A stretch of 64,000 bases of DNA. Source: Lingula anatina. Its lineage: Eukaryota > Animalia > Brachiopoda. Below, in pieces: positions 40,373 through 54,451 of this stretch (the first letter of the stretch is position 1; every line of letters starts with the position of its first letter). A program made the translations under genes and the position numbers. The DNA lies in contig JBPQGU010000016.1 in NCBI GenBank assembly GCA_051362555.1, positions 1,736,001 to 1,800,000 on the forward strand. Direction: 5' to 3'. A model generated the notes under the pieces. That model worked only from the letters and a program-made list of their open reading frames with translations, was not told the origin of the DNA and did no database searches.

Positions 40373-40882
40373 TTTTTTTTAATTTCACCAATCTAAATGT
40401 CATAAAATATCTATTAAGTCATAAACGGCTGTTTGGGCATATGCATAAAGCACCCTTTCTGTGATAATTGAGAGATATTATAAAAAGCAAGAGAGAGTAG
40501 TTTGCTGCTTTTTGAAGGGGACAAACAGTCAATGAAAAAGGACCACGTTTGGATACTGTGTGGTAAGGGAGGTGGAACCTGGCGGAGATGAAGGTCGCCG
40601 ATGTGCCCATATCGTTTCTCGATCATAAAAAAAAAAAAAAAACTAGAAAAGATTGCAAGATTGCGTGTCAAAACTCAGTAAACAATAATTATAATAAGTA
40701 AATGAAACACAAAGACACTTGTTGCGATGCTATCTGAATTTCATATAATCAGCAATATTGTTTTACATAATTTCAAAGAATTTCGAAAGTTAACTTCTTG
40801 AGAAAGATCGATTCCCAATGATTTTCCAAATGTCAAATAAGGATGGAAAAAGTGCTGCGCTTTTCATCCTCGTATATCAGAG

Positions 40883-41441
40883 CTACTGCAGATCAGGATC
40901 GAACTCCTGTCGGTCAATGTTGTCGTCACCATTGGCGTCTTCGTCGTCAAACACTGCATCCTTCTCGGCCCTTTTCCCGCGCGTGCAAGTACAGGTAACG
41001 TGGTATTTTTCCCCAAGAATCACCCACTCGTTTTTAACACTGAACAAATAATGTAAGCATGTTCTTGAATTCTTGTGAACATATACTTTTTCGGATATCT
41101 ACCATATACCAGCTCAGCGATGACCTTATTACTTATTTCGATTCTTTGACTGGGTTACATGCCTAGATCAATCCATCTGGATCGATCTACTTGATCTCCC
41201 TGGATAGTCTCACTAAATTGCTTTCAAATAACTGGCTTGAATGTCTGCCACGGCTACCGAATCAGCTAGGGGGTAAAGACAATTACCCCCTTTAATCTTT
41301 ATTAGACGTGACAGACATTTAACCCGATCAAGTTGACAGCAATTTAGTGAGACTCCCCAGGAGTCCTAATATCTGTGGGAATGGTTCCTTTGTCATTATT
41401 TTCAATTTTGCAATTCGTTATTTTTCTCAATCATTATTTCA

Positions 41442-41485
<44 letters not shown>

Positions 41486-42339
41486 GAAAAAAAAAAAGTG
41501 GGCAGGAAAGCCAGAGTAATACTCGTGAATATCTAGTGAAAATTATCACAGGACCCTGGTGGATGGTATGATTGATAGGGAGACCTCTAAAATATAATAC
41601 GTCCACCACTGGGGTTCTTGGATATAGATGGTTTCCGTGTACACCACTGCTTTTCAAATTGGCCAGATGATATGTAAAACATGCACCTAATGCGCAGTTC
41701 ACACTAGCAGCAAAGTTAACAAAGTTCAACAATATGTCACCCTTTTAAACTTCAATAACTACATAAGCATACTCTCTTTATATTGTTGCGGCGCATTTTA
41801 AAAATTCCATTTCAAGTCTTAAACTGTTAAATGCATTATGGAATGTTCACCAAAGTAGAAAACACCAATTCCTACGTTTTATTTCTGAATAATAACTTAA
41901 TTCTTTATGAATGCCTGTGGTGCAGGCTCTTCGAGTCTTTGAGTACGACGTCACGCGCAATCCATCTTAGCATCTATTTACGGCCAAGCTGAAAAGGGAA
42001 CCTTTGGAGCAGATGATCCACAGACCAAGAGCGCTTATCTGTGGACTAAACCGCGGATTAAATCTCGACTCCACAATTTTAATTGGGTTGACCGTATTTA
42101 GTCCGCGGATCAGTAAGCCCGCAGATAATATGTTCTGAAACGCGCTCTAACGCCGACAAAATATGGCCGACCCCACTTAAAAGCAAGCCCCGATGCTCCC
42201 CCGTCTTTACATGCACACGCGCCATTAAACGGATTTGGCTCCGAGATAGAGAGAACCTATCTACCATCTGTTCTGAATGCGTTCTGAATGAGAGAGAGAG
42301 AGTACCCGTTCAAAGTAAGTCACTGATTCGGAATGGGAC

Positions 42340-42378
<39 letters not shown>

Positions 42379-42905
42379 TTTCTTACGTACTCTGTGACCG
42401 GGCCGCAGTCAGTTCTACACGGACTGGTATATGCGTAGCCAAATATGTTACATTTCCCATATGAACAGTAAAAGAATGTCTGTAATGTAAATAGGGAATT
42501 AAAAATCTTTTCCTTTCTCTTTTCCCCCTCCAACACATGCGCACCGACACTGCACACGCATACAAACCCACATATGTACAGAATGATTTCCTTTTACCTA
42601 CGACCATTTACTTATCGAATTTCAATAAACAATATAAAAATAGACTTCTAGCTTTGTTCTACATTTATTACTAAAATGTACGGTATCATTTTCCTCCTGT
42701 AATGCTAAGTTCCCTGATACCAAACATGTGTTATAAATGTGTTCTGAATGCATTTCCCGATGAAATACCCTGGTACTAGTAGACCCACCCACGTGCAGTC
42801 TGCGCAGAAATTATACCCAATCTGATAGCAGCAGATAGATTCAGCTTCCTGCATTACAGCGGCCAGACCCAATGCAACTAACGCAAAAATGGCAAAGGTA
42901 GTCAT
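40883..42905 (-). CDS. Mytimycin-like precursor, copy B' (duplicate of B), promoterless
   Basis: Exons 42905-42789, 42479-42391 and 41039-40883. Same GYAY substitution as B and same intron-1 truncation at ~43019. Confidence 0.75.
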
Positions 42906-45518
42906 CTTCTGAAATGTGAAGTGACAACATGGAGTTGACACAAAGGCAAAGGGAATTTTAGAGGACAGTGGAGCTCGAATCTCTTCTGTTAGCAGCTATG
43001 CTTTTAAACTTCCAGAGGCTTTTTAAGGTTTTACCTTCATTTATTTTAGCAAAATACTACCTAAATTGGACGGCACCATTTACTTGCAGTGACACAATAT
43101 AATGGTGGCCATCTTGGAAAAAGCCGCCTTGAAAACCTTTTTCTATCACTTAGATTTTTCAAGGTTTTTAATATGTTTAAATCTGATTATTAAGCTTTCT
43201 AAAATACCTCATTACACTTTTTTGGCGATAAGTCCCTACTGAAAAACAAACTGTTAAAAAAATTAGGTATTATAAAACCCAATTATAAAGACCACCCTTT
43301 ACCTACAGTGACATAATATATTGGCGGCCATCTTGAAAAAAACTGCCTTAGGAACCACTACTTAGATTTTTCTAGATTTTTAATATGTTAAAATTTGGAT
43401 ATTTAGCTTTCTTAAAAACGTCATTACAATTTTTGCAATTAGTCCTGGGTTAGGCCAATTTTTTCGCTCAGTTTACTAGTCTAAGAGCGCATTCCCAGAT
43501 ATTTAGATCGATCCAACTAGATCGACCAATCTCCCTGGGTGTTCACGTTAAATTGCTGTTAGCCGACCGCGCACGGAAGTTAATTACCCCGGGACAGCCA
43601 TTTAAGCCGGTTAGCAGGCAGTAATCTAGTGAGACTCCCAACAGGGATACATCGATCTAAAATCTGTGAGAATGGGTTCTTAGAGTGCATTTCCATAGAT
43701 TTAGATCGATCCATCATCCATCTAGATCGACCTAACTCCCTGGGGGTTCACGCTAAATTGAAAAAAGTTACGATGAACCGCTTATACAACTTAATTCGTT
43801 TTCTTAGATCATAGGACTACTTGTATCAAATTCCGTTCCTAGGCACGCATGTCCTAAGACATAATTTCCTGGGATTTAACATCCAGTGGACATCCTTTAC
43901 TTAGTATTCTAAGTCCTGCAGACAGGTATCGATGTCCTAGTCGGACATATTTTCCCAGCTAGACTGGTAATAGATGTCCTCTGACATTTACATATGAATG
44001 TTGTGTTAATTTCAGAAAATTTGAACGCGATGTTTAAGAATGTTATTACGCTTATTATAATTATTTGTATACATGTACCCCTATACACACTTTATTCGGC
44101 TAACTTAAGATACTTTAAATAAAAAAAAACTACAAATTGTTATTAGATTTAGGATATATATATTTTATGTCCGATTAATATGAAAAATATGAGATTCGCG
44201 CCACCTTGTGAAATATGTCGGGCCTCTTCACATTACATTAATGCCTTAATATCTGTTAAGCGGCCATTTACATACAACTGTATGTCTGTGGTACACAGCT
44301 TTGAATTTTGGCTTCTGTCCATTTCTAAACAATGTGTTTTTTGTCCTTATACACATCACATTATACGTTTTACGGGGTGTTTTTCGGTGAAATACGAGTG
44401 TGCGAAATAATACACAGCCACCCTCTCGCGATATACTCGCTTACAAGTACGTGTTGAACACTTCTCGATGACGTTCGAGCTGCTATGGTACAGGTATACA
44501 TATCGTTCAGGTGACAGTTCATTTTTTTATACTTGGTGCCTTGATGATCATTGGGAATATTTGTAGTTTGAGAGACATAGTATGCAGTTTGAGACGTGTA
44601 TAATTGTAAGATAAATAAATTGAATCTGTCTGTTATTTTTTATACATGCATTTTCACTATTAGTCTTCTGAGCGCAATTTTTCCCTTACATATGGATCCC
44701 GAAATTCCCATTCTAATTCTTTGTATTTTTAGGTGAAAGTAGAAAGAATATGCTTTTTTGCGTATAATTATCCGATGAAATTCGAGTTATTAAAGGAATT
44801 CTAAAATAGCTCAACGTTAAAAAAATGATGATATTTAAATCAAACGTAAGATCTCGCCAAATCAAAATAATCCAAATCGTATAACAAATTGTAAAGTGCG
44901 TTTTGTTCGTTGAAATGGAGAATAAATTAGAATAACATTTGCATATAGAGTACATGTAACATCGCTGCTGAGGATTCGAACTCACTTACGTTTCTCTATG
45001 CTCTTGGTCATTCATCCAGCCGTCTTACTGATTAGCCTGTGTGGAAGCTGCTGCCAGCCGACCGAAAATTACCGGTGCTTATGGCCTCGTGTTTATAATT
45101 ATTGTACGGACATTAATTACGTAGGACTTGCGTTTCTGTGTATATGTGAAAGGAAATTATGTCCGACAGGAATACATGTCCTAGCTGCGTATAAATACAG
45201 CTGGGAATCTAGGTCCGGGTAGGACAGTACATCCTAGGGAACGCACGTCCATAGGACATGTTTTCCCAGGAACGGAGGTTCGTAGGACCTCCGTTCCTGG
45301 GGGACATGCATTCCTTTCACACCGGTTATTTGATAGCAATTTAGTGAGACTATCCAGGGAGTTAGAGTAGATCGATCCAGATGGATTGATCTTGGCATGG
45401 GAACCCAGTCAAAGAATCGATATTAATAATAAGGTCATCGCTGAGCAGGTATATGGCAGATATCTGAAAAGTAATATGTTCACAAGAATTAAATAAGATG
45501 TTTACTTTATTTGTTCAG

Positions 45519-45677
45519 TATAAAAAAACAGGTGGGTGGTTCTTGACGCAAAAATATGACGTCACCTGTACTTGCACGCGCGGGAAAAGGGCCGAGAAGG
45601 ATGTCGTGTTTGACGACAAAGACGCCAATGTGGACGGCAAGATTGACCGACAGGAGTTCAATCCTGATCTGCAGTAG
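45519..45677 (+). pseudogene. Orphan last exon, duplicate copy
   Basis: Near-identical to 15198-15356 (TCTCTRGKR). Confidence 0.78.
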
Positions 45678-48600
45678 CTCTGATATACGAGGATGAAAAA
45701 CGCAGCCCTTTTCCATTCTTTACTGACATTCAGAAAATCATTGGGAATCGATCTTTCTCAAGAAATTAACTTTCGAAATTATTTTTATAAATTAGGAATT
45801 GAAATTATGTAAAACAATATTGCTGTTTATATGAAATTAAGATAGCATCGCAACAGGTGTTGTTGTGTTTCATTTACTTATTATTATTATTTACTGGGTC
45901 TTTACACACAATGTTACATGTTTTTCTAGCTTTTTTGATCGAGAAACGATATGGGCACATCGGCGACCTTCATTTCCGCCAGGTTCCACCTCCCTTACCA
46001 CACCGTATCCAAACGTGGTCCTTTTTCATTGACTGTTTGTCCCCTTCAAAAAGGAGCAAACTACTCTCTCTTGCTTTTTATAATATCTTTCAATTATCAC
46101 AGAAAGGGTGCTTTATGCATATGCCCAAACAGCCATTTTTGACTGAATAGACATTTTATGACATTTAGATTGGTGAAATTTTAAAAAAATTAAAAAGATA
46201 AATAAATAAATAAATAAATAAATAAACACTCGATTCCAAGACATAGCACGTGTTATTCTAAAATAAGCACCAATTTTCAAGCGGCGGAATGTTACACAAA
46301 ATCAATGCATGAGTTAAACCAAGAAGTTGGAGAGTAGAACTCCTTGGTTAGGCAAAGAAACCAAACAGTTAAAGCATATTAATGGCCTGTTGGTATTATA
46401 GTTACCCTTGAAAGCCACTGTTTTATATTCCGAAATACGTGAAACGTTCACAGCGTGATAATTGAAGCCCCCCATTCCCCTGCCCTGACTCGTAAATGCG
46501 GCCTTTTATTTTTCGTCCTTATTGAAACGAAGGCATTGTTGTTATACTCGGTAATTCGTTTCTTTCAACTCGCCACACTTGCACTTTCAATGAGATACGA
46601 ATTAAGTTTTTATTGCTGGGATTTGTGAACTGTGAACACACTCCCCCCAAAAAAAAAATAAAAAAAATAAAAAAAGTAATAACAATAATAATAAATAAAT
46701 GAAAATGCTAATAATTGAGACCTTCTTAACTGCTACCAAGTACGGTCAATTTAAGCTGGAAGGGATACTCGAGCTTGAACCTATATTAAAAAAAACAATA
46801 ACCTTTTAAACAAAGTGGTCTATCAGAAATTCTGCATGCACTACACAGTATCTGAAATATGAATATAATGTCTGAGTGGTTGCTCACATATCTTGCACAC
46901 GAATGGTATAAAATTATATGAAAAGTGAAAATAAAAAAAAAATGATTTAGTAAAAGACTTAAAACTACATAATATAATAGGTAATATCATGCAGTCACAG
47001 ATTTAGGGTGTGTCAGGGGGTTCCTAACCCTCCCCCTTCAATTTCTAAAAAAAATCACACCAGTGGTCCCTCTTAAAATTACAATATACGCTAGCTGAAC
47101 CATTGTTCTAAACCGTACCGTTTGATAACCTTCGCACATACTAGCATCTATGAAGGAAGACAAATACAATTTGTCTCCAAGAGACACATATAGCGGCCAC
47201 AGGTCTGCATGATCTGTATTTACACGCCTTGAACACTGCAAATAAAGTTGTAAATAATTTTGATAAAACCGAAAGAGAATTGTACTGTGAAAGGAGGACT
47301 GAGATTGACGATAGTTTTAATCAAAATTGAACGACGACAAGGATCTTTTTTAGAGTAATAAGTTTTCAAATGAAAGTGTATAAACTTTTCAAGACTACCG
47401 GTATACTGGTGGAGAGAGAGATTATCCTTATTGCACTGGTTTCATTTTGATACAAATAGTCCTATGATCTACGAAAACGAATTAAGTTTTATAAGCGGCT
47501 CATCGTAACTTTTAATTTTAATTTTCACACTTTTTACCCCAATGAATGTATTTCAATTATTCAACACGATTCTCCAGTGATTCTGCATTGCATCTCCGTA
47601 TAAAATAGATCAAAGTAGTCTCTGAATCAAAAGTTGTTAGTACCAGTATTGTAATGTGCGTTTTCAATAACAGATGTATGCGACGCTTTTATAGAAAAAA
47701 AAAAACCTCATACTTCAAGGCATTTAGCCCGGCAGTTGATTTTTTTTTAAATCTGGTTGGATATATGAATGTGAATGTTGTCAACATTTGTAAATTCTGC
47801 TTCAAAGTTATAAAAGTTGTGTTAGACCCCATTCCCAGAGATTGGGTGGATCCAACTAGATCGACCAAACTCCCTGGGGGTTCACGCTAAATAGCTGTCA
47901 GCAGAGCGGGCACGAAAGTTAATTACCCCCTTACAGCTAAATAGCTGTCAGCCGAGCGGGCACGAAAGTTAATTACCCCCTTACAGCTGGAAGTAGGCGG
48001 GACGGACATTTAAGCCGTATTATCTGACAGTAATCTAGTGAGACTCCCTATGGAGATACATCGATCTAAAATTTATGGGAATGCGCCCTTAGACCCCTTT
48101 TCCCACAGATTTTAGATGTGGGTGGTCTCACTAGATTACTGTCTGCTTAGCCGGCTTAAATATCTTTCCCGCCTACTAAAAGCTGTAAGGGAGTAATTAA
48201 CCTTGCTAACAGCCAGGGAGTTGGGTCGATCTAGTTTGATCAATCTAAGGGTGCATTCCCAGAGTTTTAGATCGATCCAGAGATTTAGATTTAGATCGAC
48301 CTAACTCCCTGGGGGTTCACGCTAAATTGCAGTCAGCCGAGCGCGCACCATAGTTAATTACCCCTTAATCTCTGGATCGATCAAAATCTCTGGGTATACA
48401 CCCTAAATCTCAGGGAATGCGCTCTTAGACTAGTAAACTGAGCGAAAATTTTGGCCTAATCCAGGACCAATTGCAAAAAAAAATGTAATGACGTTTTTAA
48501 GAAAGCTAAATATCCAAATTTTAACATATTAAAAATCTAGAATAATCTAAGTAGTGGTTCTTAAGGCAGTTTTTTCAAGATGGCCGCCAATATATTATGT

Positions 48601-51145
48601 CACTATAGGTAAAGGGGGGTCTTTATATTTGGGGAGTATTTTTGGAATAAATGGAATAAATGAGGTTAAGACCTTGAATTATATCTGGACTTACAGACAA
48701 AAAACACTTTGACGAAAAGAAAAACTCATTTGATAGGAATTATTCACCAAAGGCTTTTAGTTTGGGGTCAAAGGTCAGACAAAGGTCATTTGTACAGATT
48801 TTACCTGAAATGATGGCCGCCAGCAAGTGTAATCATAAGGTTTCATAATACCTATTTTAACAGTTTGTTTTTCAGTAGGACCTTATAGCTAAAGACGTAT
48901 TATGAGGTAATTTAGAAAGCTTAATATCCAAATTTAAACAAATTAAAAGTCTAAAAAATCTAAGTGATAGAAAAAGGTTTTAAGACAGCTTTTTCCAAGA
49001 TGGCCACCATTATATTGTGTCACTTCAAGTAAATGCTGTCATTCGATTTAGGTAGTATTTTGCTAAAATATATGAAGGTAAAACTGTAAAATATACACAT
49101 AGTTAAATGAATGAAATGAATTTAAATTAGATAGGAATTATTCACCAAGGTTCACTGGCTTAAGTCAAAGGTCATGCAAAGGCCATTTGTACAGATTTCC
49201 CCTAAAATGTTGCCTAAAATTGCAAATTATGTTTTTAAACATAAGCAATGGAATTATTTTGATGTTTACTATAATCATTATATCATTCACAACAACTCTA
49301 AGAAGTTTGGATGCAAAATATGGCTCTTTTGGAGAAATATGAGTCATACTGTGAAAAATTAGACAAATAAGGATTCTGAATAAGTGGACAGGATAAGATT
49401 TCTCACCATTCTGGGAACAAATGTGTCTTTGCAAATACAATAAATGTGTAATATATGGAAAACACTTGTTTTTTTGTATTATTTATTATACCCATTTATG
49501 TACCTGTTCAAAGCATTTTCCAATATGGCCTTCAGCAAGAGTATCCATAAGGCTTCATAAATTTAAAAAAAATCTAAACAGTAAATCTTCAATAAATATT
49601 CAACTCAATAATGTTGTTTTACCCCCTTTTTTATTGTGAGTTTTGTTATTTATTTTCAACATTTGTTCAGATCTACAGTCACCAGTATCACCAAACACTC
49701 ATTTTTTTCTTAGGCGGACTGGAATGTTGTATCAATTGGACAAGCAATCGTACTGCTGGCCTGTCCAAATATGTTTGGGTGAACAAATGCATGAATGTCT
49801 TGGAAACGGATTCCTAATTGCATGGATCCTGTTGCTCCTAGATATGAGAAGGATTCCAGGGCCACACAAGGGACAGAATCCTGGAGCTTTTGTTGCCACA
49901 TTCACCGACAGAAGAAACCCCCAATATGTAGGAATCGAAACCTATCAGAAAACTAACGTTTTGTGGAAACTGTCCTTACCTGCCTTCCAGCCACAGCCCA
50001 AACCACTACGGAATGTCGTTCCAAGGAGTGTTAGTGTATCTGCTTGTTTCAATGTGAAGTTTATGCCCACTGATGCGAAAACGACAGTATTTTTCTCTTT
50101 TATCAGTATCATGAAGGACGTCTATTTTTTTTTCTTTTTTAAATGTATTTTTGAATTGGCAATAGGCTCTGAATTTAGATTTGTCCTCAAACTCATTGTC
50201 CCATGTACCCACTGATGATGCGTTCACTGAACATGCTTAGGAAGTTTATGTGAGGAATCTGTTTTAGCCATACAAATCCGTATTATGAAAGCGTCTCAAA
50301 CATCTGTTACTGAAACCGCGAATAACAATGCTGGTACTAACAACTATTGATACAGAAACTACTTTGATCTATTGTACACGGGAATACAATGCAGAATGAA
50401 TGGAGAATCGTGATAAATAAATGATACACATTTTAAGGGAAAAGAGTGTGAAAATGAAAATATTTAAGTTAAAAGTTTCCATAAAACAATGCAGAATGAA
50501 GTAAGATAAACTTTCTCTCTCTTTCTCTCCGGCCAGCAGAACACCGTGACTGACTTGCGCACCCTGTTTGTACTTTTTTCCTGTAATGGTAATCAAACGC
50601 AATCTTTAGACATCTTTACTAGCAAAAAACTTCGATGCACTCTCTAGAATTTGAACCCTCGATCAAATTTCAAATGTGCATGAGCTCCTTAAATGTTCTC
50701 TGTGATTTCTTGCGATAATCCATTTCACCGGCTCAACTCAACAGAATACAGTACTGTCACCGATTTTTTTTCACCTAGCTTTGGGGGTTTTCAGTAAAAA
50801 AAATCATCGGGCCTCTGAATCCTTTGATTCGTTGATGAATAGATAATGTTAAGTCAAATTAGTGTTCTACCGGATTAAGCTAGATTTTATAAATGTGCAT
50901 GCGTAAAACCTGAAGATAAATGTCTTTAAGATGAAAATGATTTCAACCAATGAAAATCAGTCTCGAACACACATTATCTTTCTGCGGTAAATGATAATCC
51001 AGACTAAGGTGAATCATAGTGAAATACCTGTACCAGTACATAACTTTGATGTCCGTTCCACTGCTTTAATCCCTTCTGAATACAGGCGTGTACTCCACTT
51101 CAGAAACCGATGCCTTGACGAAGCTTGCACTGCTGATGAAAACGG

Positions 51146-51213
51146 TATAAATAGTTCAATCTTTCGACATTTTCAATCATTTCGAGACTGAGAGGTAATC
51201 AAGGATTACTCAG
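51146..51213 (+). promoter_or_regulatory. TATA box and non-coding exon 1 of copy C'
   Basis: TATAAATA at 51146-51153; same layout as C. Confidence 0.6.
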
Positions 51214-51452
51214 GTAAAGAATTATGTCCAAGAAATGTTCTTAATTTTCTGTACACTAAGTAGGATTTCACGACGCCAATTGCCTTTCTGCGCATTGGGT
51301 TTTAAAGAACAACGTATGAAATCTCACTTTACTGTCAGCGTGCCTCAGAAAGTTTAGTATAGCTGCTGACAGAAAAGATTTGAGCTCTACTGTCCTCTAA
51401 AATTCCCTTTGCCTTTGTGTCAACTCCATGTTGTCACTTCACATTTCAGAAG

Positions 51453-52139
51453 ATGACTACTTTTGCCATTTTTGCGTTAGTTGCGTTGGGTCTGGCAGCT
51501 CTAATGCAGGAAGCTGAATCTATCTGCTGCCGTGAGAAACTGAATGGGTATTGCGCAGACTGTACGAAGGTGGGTCTACTAGTACCGGGGTATTTCCTAG
51601 GGAAATGCATTGAGAACACATTTACAACACATGATTGGTATCAGGCAAACTTAGCATTACAGGAGAAAAATGATACCGTGCAGAAGTTATAAATGTAGAA
51701 CAAAGCTAGAAGTCCATTTTTATATTGTTTATTGTAATTCGATAAGCAAATGGTCGACAGGAAATCTATCGGGGTATTTCCTAGGGAAATGCACTGAGAA
51801 CACATTTACGACACATGTTTGCTATTAGGCGATCTTAACATTACAGGAGAAAAATGATACTGTGCATTTAAGTTATAAATGTTTATATTGTTTATTGTAA
51901 TTCGATATGCAAATGGTCGTCAGGAAATCATTCTGTACATATGTGGGTTTGTATGAGTGTGCAGTGTCGGTGCACGTGTGTAGGAGGGGGAAAGAGAGAG
52001 GGGGAGATAGTTATTAATTCCCTATTTACATTTCAGAAAACCCCTTACTGTTCATATGAGAAATGTAACTTATTTGGCTGCGCATGTAAAGGTTCGTGTA
52101 GACGGGACTGCGGCTCGCACATAGAGTACGTGAGAAAAA

Positions 52140-52177
<38 letters not shown>

Positions 52178-53127
52178 CCATTCAGAATTAGTGACTTACT
52201 AGTTCAAGTGTCAAATATGACGTTACACCACAAGCTTGCCGCCTACACCACTAAAGGGGACTGCTCAAATAGATGGTCCGGGTACTAAATGATCAGCCAG
52301 AGAGGAAATTTTTAACCGTTTAATGGCGCGTGTTTAGGCGAACAGACCATCGGGAATCAGCGGCATCGCGTTTGCAATGTGGTCGGCCATATTAAGATTG
52401 TCAGTGCATCAGTAAGTATTTGGATAATCTATTGTGAATGGCCCCATAGACAATAAATAGATATCCCGTGGGAAAGTACAGTATTCAAGTGCGTCGGCCA
52501 TATTTGACCCAGATGGTACATAGGCTCTCTCTATCTCGGAGTCAAATCCGTTTAATGGCGCTTGTGCATGTAAAGACGGGGGAGCATCGGGGCTTGCTTT
52601 TAAGTGGGGTCGGCCATATTTTGTCGGCAAAGCCGTTAGAGCGCATTCAGAACATATTATCTGCGGGCTTACTGATCCGCGGACTACATACGGTCAGTCC
52701 CATTAAAAACAAATACCCCATTAAAAATTGTGGAGACGAGATTTAATAAGCTTGTTCTGAATGCGCTCTTGGTCTGTGGATGATCTGCTTCAAAGTTTAC
52801 CTGCGCGTGACGTCGTACCCAAAGACTCGAGGAGCCTGCACCACAGGCATTCAAAAATTTTGTAGTTATTAAAGTTTAAAAGGGTGACATATTGTTAACT
52901 TTGCTGCTAGTGTGAACTGCGCATTAGGTGCATGTTTTACATATCATCTGGCCAATTTGAAAAGCAGTTGCGTACGCGCAAACCATCTATATCCAAGAAC
53001 GCTCAGGGTGGACGTATTATTTCTTAGAGCTCTCCCTATCAATCATACCATCCACAAGGGCACTGTGATAATTCTCACTAGATATTCACGAGTATTTCAG
53101 GCTTTCCTGTTCACATTCCTTTTTTGC

Positions 53128-53172
<45 letters not shown>

Positions 53173-53716
53173 TACAAATTGAAAAATAATGACAAAGTGA
53201 TCATTCCCACAGATATTTGGATCGATCTATCTCTCTGGGGAGTCTCACTTAATTGCTGTCAACTTGACCGGCTAAATTGTCTGTCACGTCTAATAAAGAT
53301 GTAAGGGGGTAATTGTCTTTACCCCCTAGCTTATTCGGTAGGCTTGGCAGATATTTAAGCCGGTTATTTGATAGCAATTTAGTGAGACTATCCAGGGAGT
53401 TAGAGTAGATCGATCCAAATGGTTCGATCTAGGCATGGGATCCCAGTCAAAGAATCGATATTAATAATAAGGTCATCGCTGAGCTGGTATATGCTAGATA
53501 TCTGAAAAGTAATATGTTCACAAGAATTCAAGAAGATGTTTACATTATTTGTTCAGAGCAAGAAAAATAAGTGGGTGGCTCTTGACGGCAAAATATGAAG
53601 TTACCTGTACTTGCACGCACGGGAAAAGGGTCGCCGAGGATGCCGTGTTTGACGACAAAGACGCCAACGATGACGGCAAGATTGAGCGACAGGAATTCGA
53701 TCCTGATCTGCAGTAG
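51453..53716 (+). CDS. Mytimycin-like precursor, copy C' (segmental duplicate of C), intact
   Basis: Exons 51453-51569, 52037-52125 and 53557-53716. Same splice sites as C and the same protein as far as I can read by eye. Confidence 0.88.
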
Positions 53717-53899
53717 CTCTGATATACGAGGATGAAAAGCGCAGCACTTTTTCCATCCTTTACTGACATTTGGAAAATCATTGGGAATCGATCTTTCTCA
53801 AGAAATTAACTTTCGAAATTCTTTTTTGTTAATTAGGAATTGAAATTATGTAAAACAATATTGCTGTTTATATGAAATTCAGATAGCATCGCAACAGGT

Positions 53900-54451
53900 T
53901 GTTAAGTCCCAGACTTCGTCAGTCAGACTTTACGTTAAAATAATGTCACGTTAGATAACGCGCTGGTTCTTGGGCCTTAGTGTTGTGCGCCCAGCTGATC
54001 CAATAAAATGAACAAGATTCTCATTTGACGCAAGTGGAAATTTAATACTGTTTTTTGGAAAATATACAGAGGTTTCTTCTACATATTAACTGTCAGTCCA
54101 AAATGTATAAGGATATCGCCAGAGCCAAAATACGATATGATATTACCTTAAAACAGGGCAGCCTTTATAGATCATTCAGGAATTTTAATAACCAGGAAGA
54201 AATAACACTTGACTGAGCGCAGTCCTTTTGTCTCAGGCTTTGCCCCAACTCAGTCACCGTGATTCCTGGATCATCATTATCCGCCCTAGCCTTCAAAGGC
54301 ATTTCTAAATTTTATCTCGTGCCATGTGCCCCGGTCACGATCATTCCCGAATGTCTATTGACTGCCCCCTTCTAAGCTTATCTTAGGATATGAATATTAT
54401 TTTAATTAATTATTTATATCAATCATAAAATACCCAAAGTGGTATTTTACA
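53900..54451. mobile_element. Solo LTR, duplicate copy
   Basis: Same termini and AGGT TSD as 21749-22300. Confidence 0.8.

Noticed and set aside
49643-50215. 190-aa ORF (146 aa at 17627)
   Set aside because: Partly antisense to a LINE remnant; no recognisable domain; length differs between duplicates.
52912-53304. Poly-Asn/Ile/Tyr ORFs
   Set aside because: Translation of the intronic (AAT)n microsatellite.
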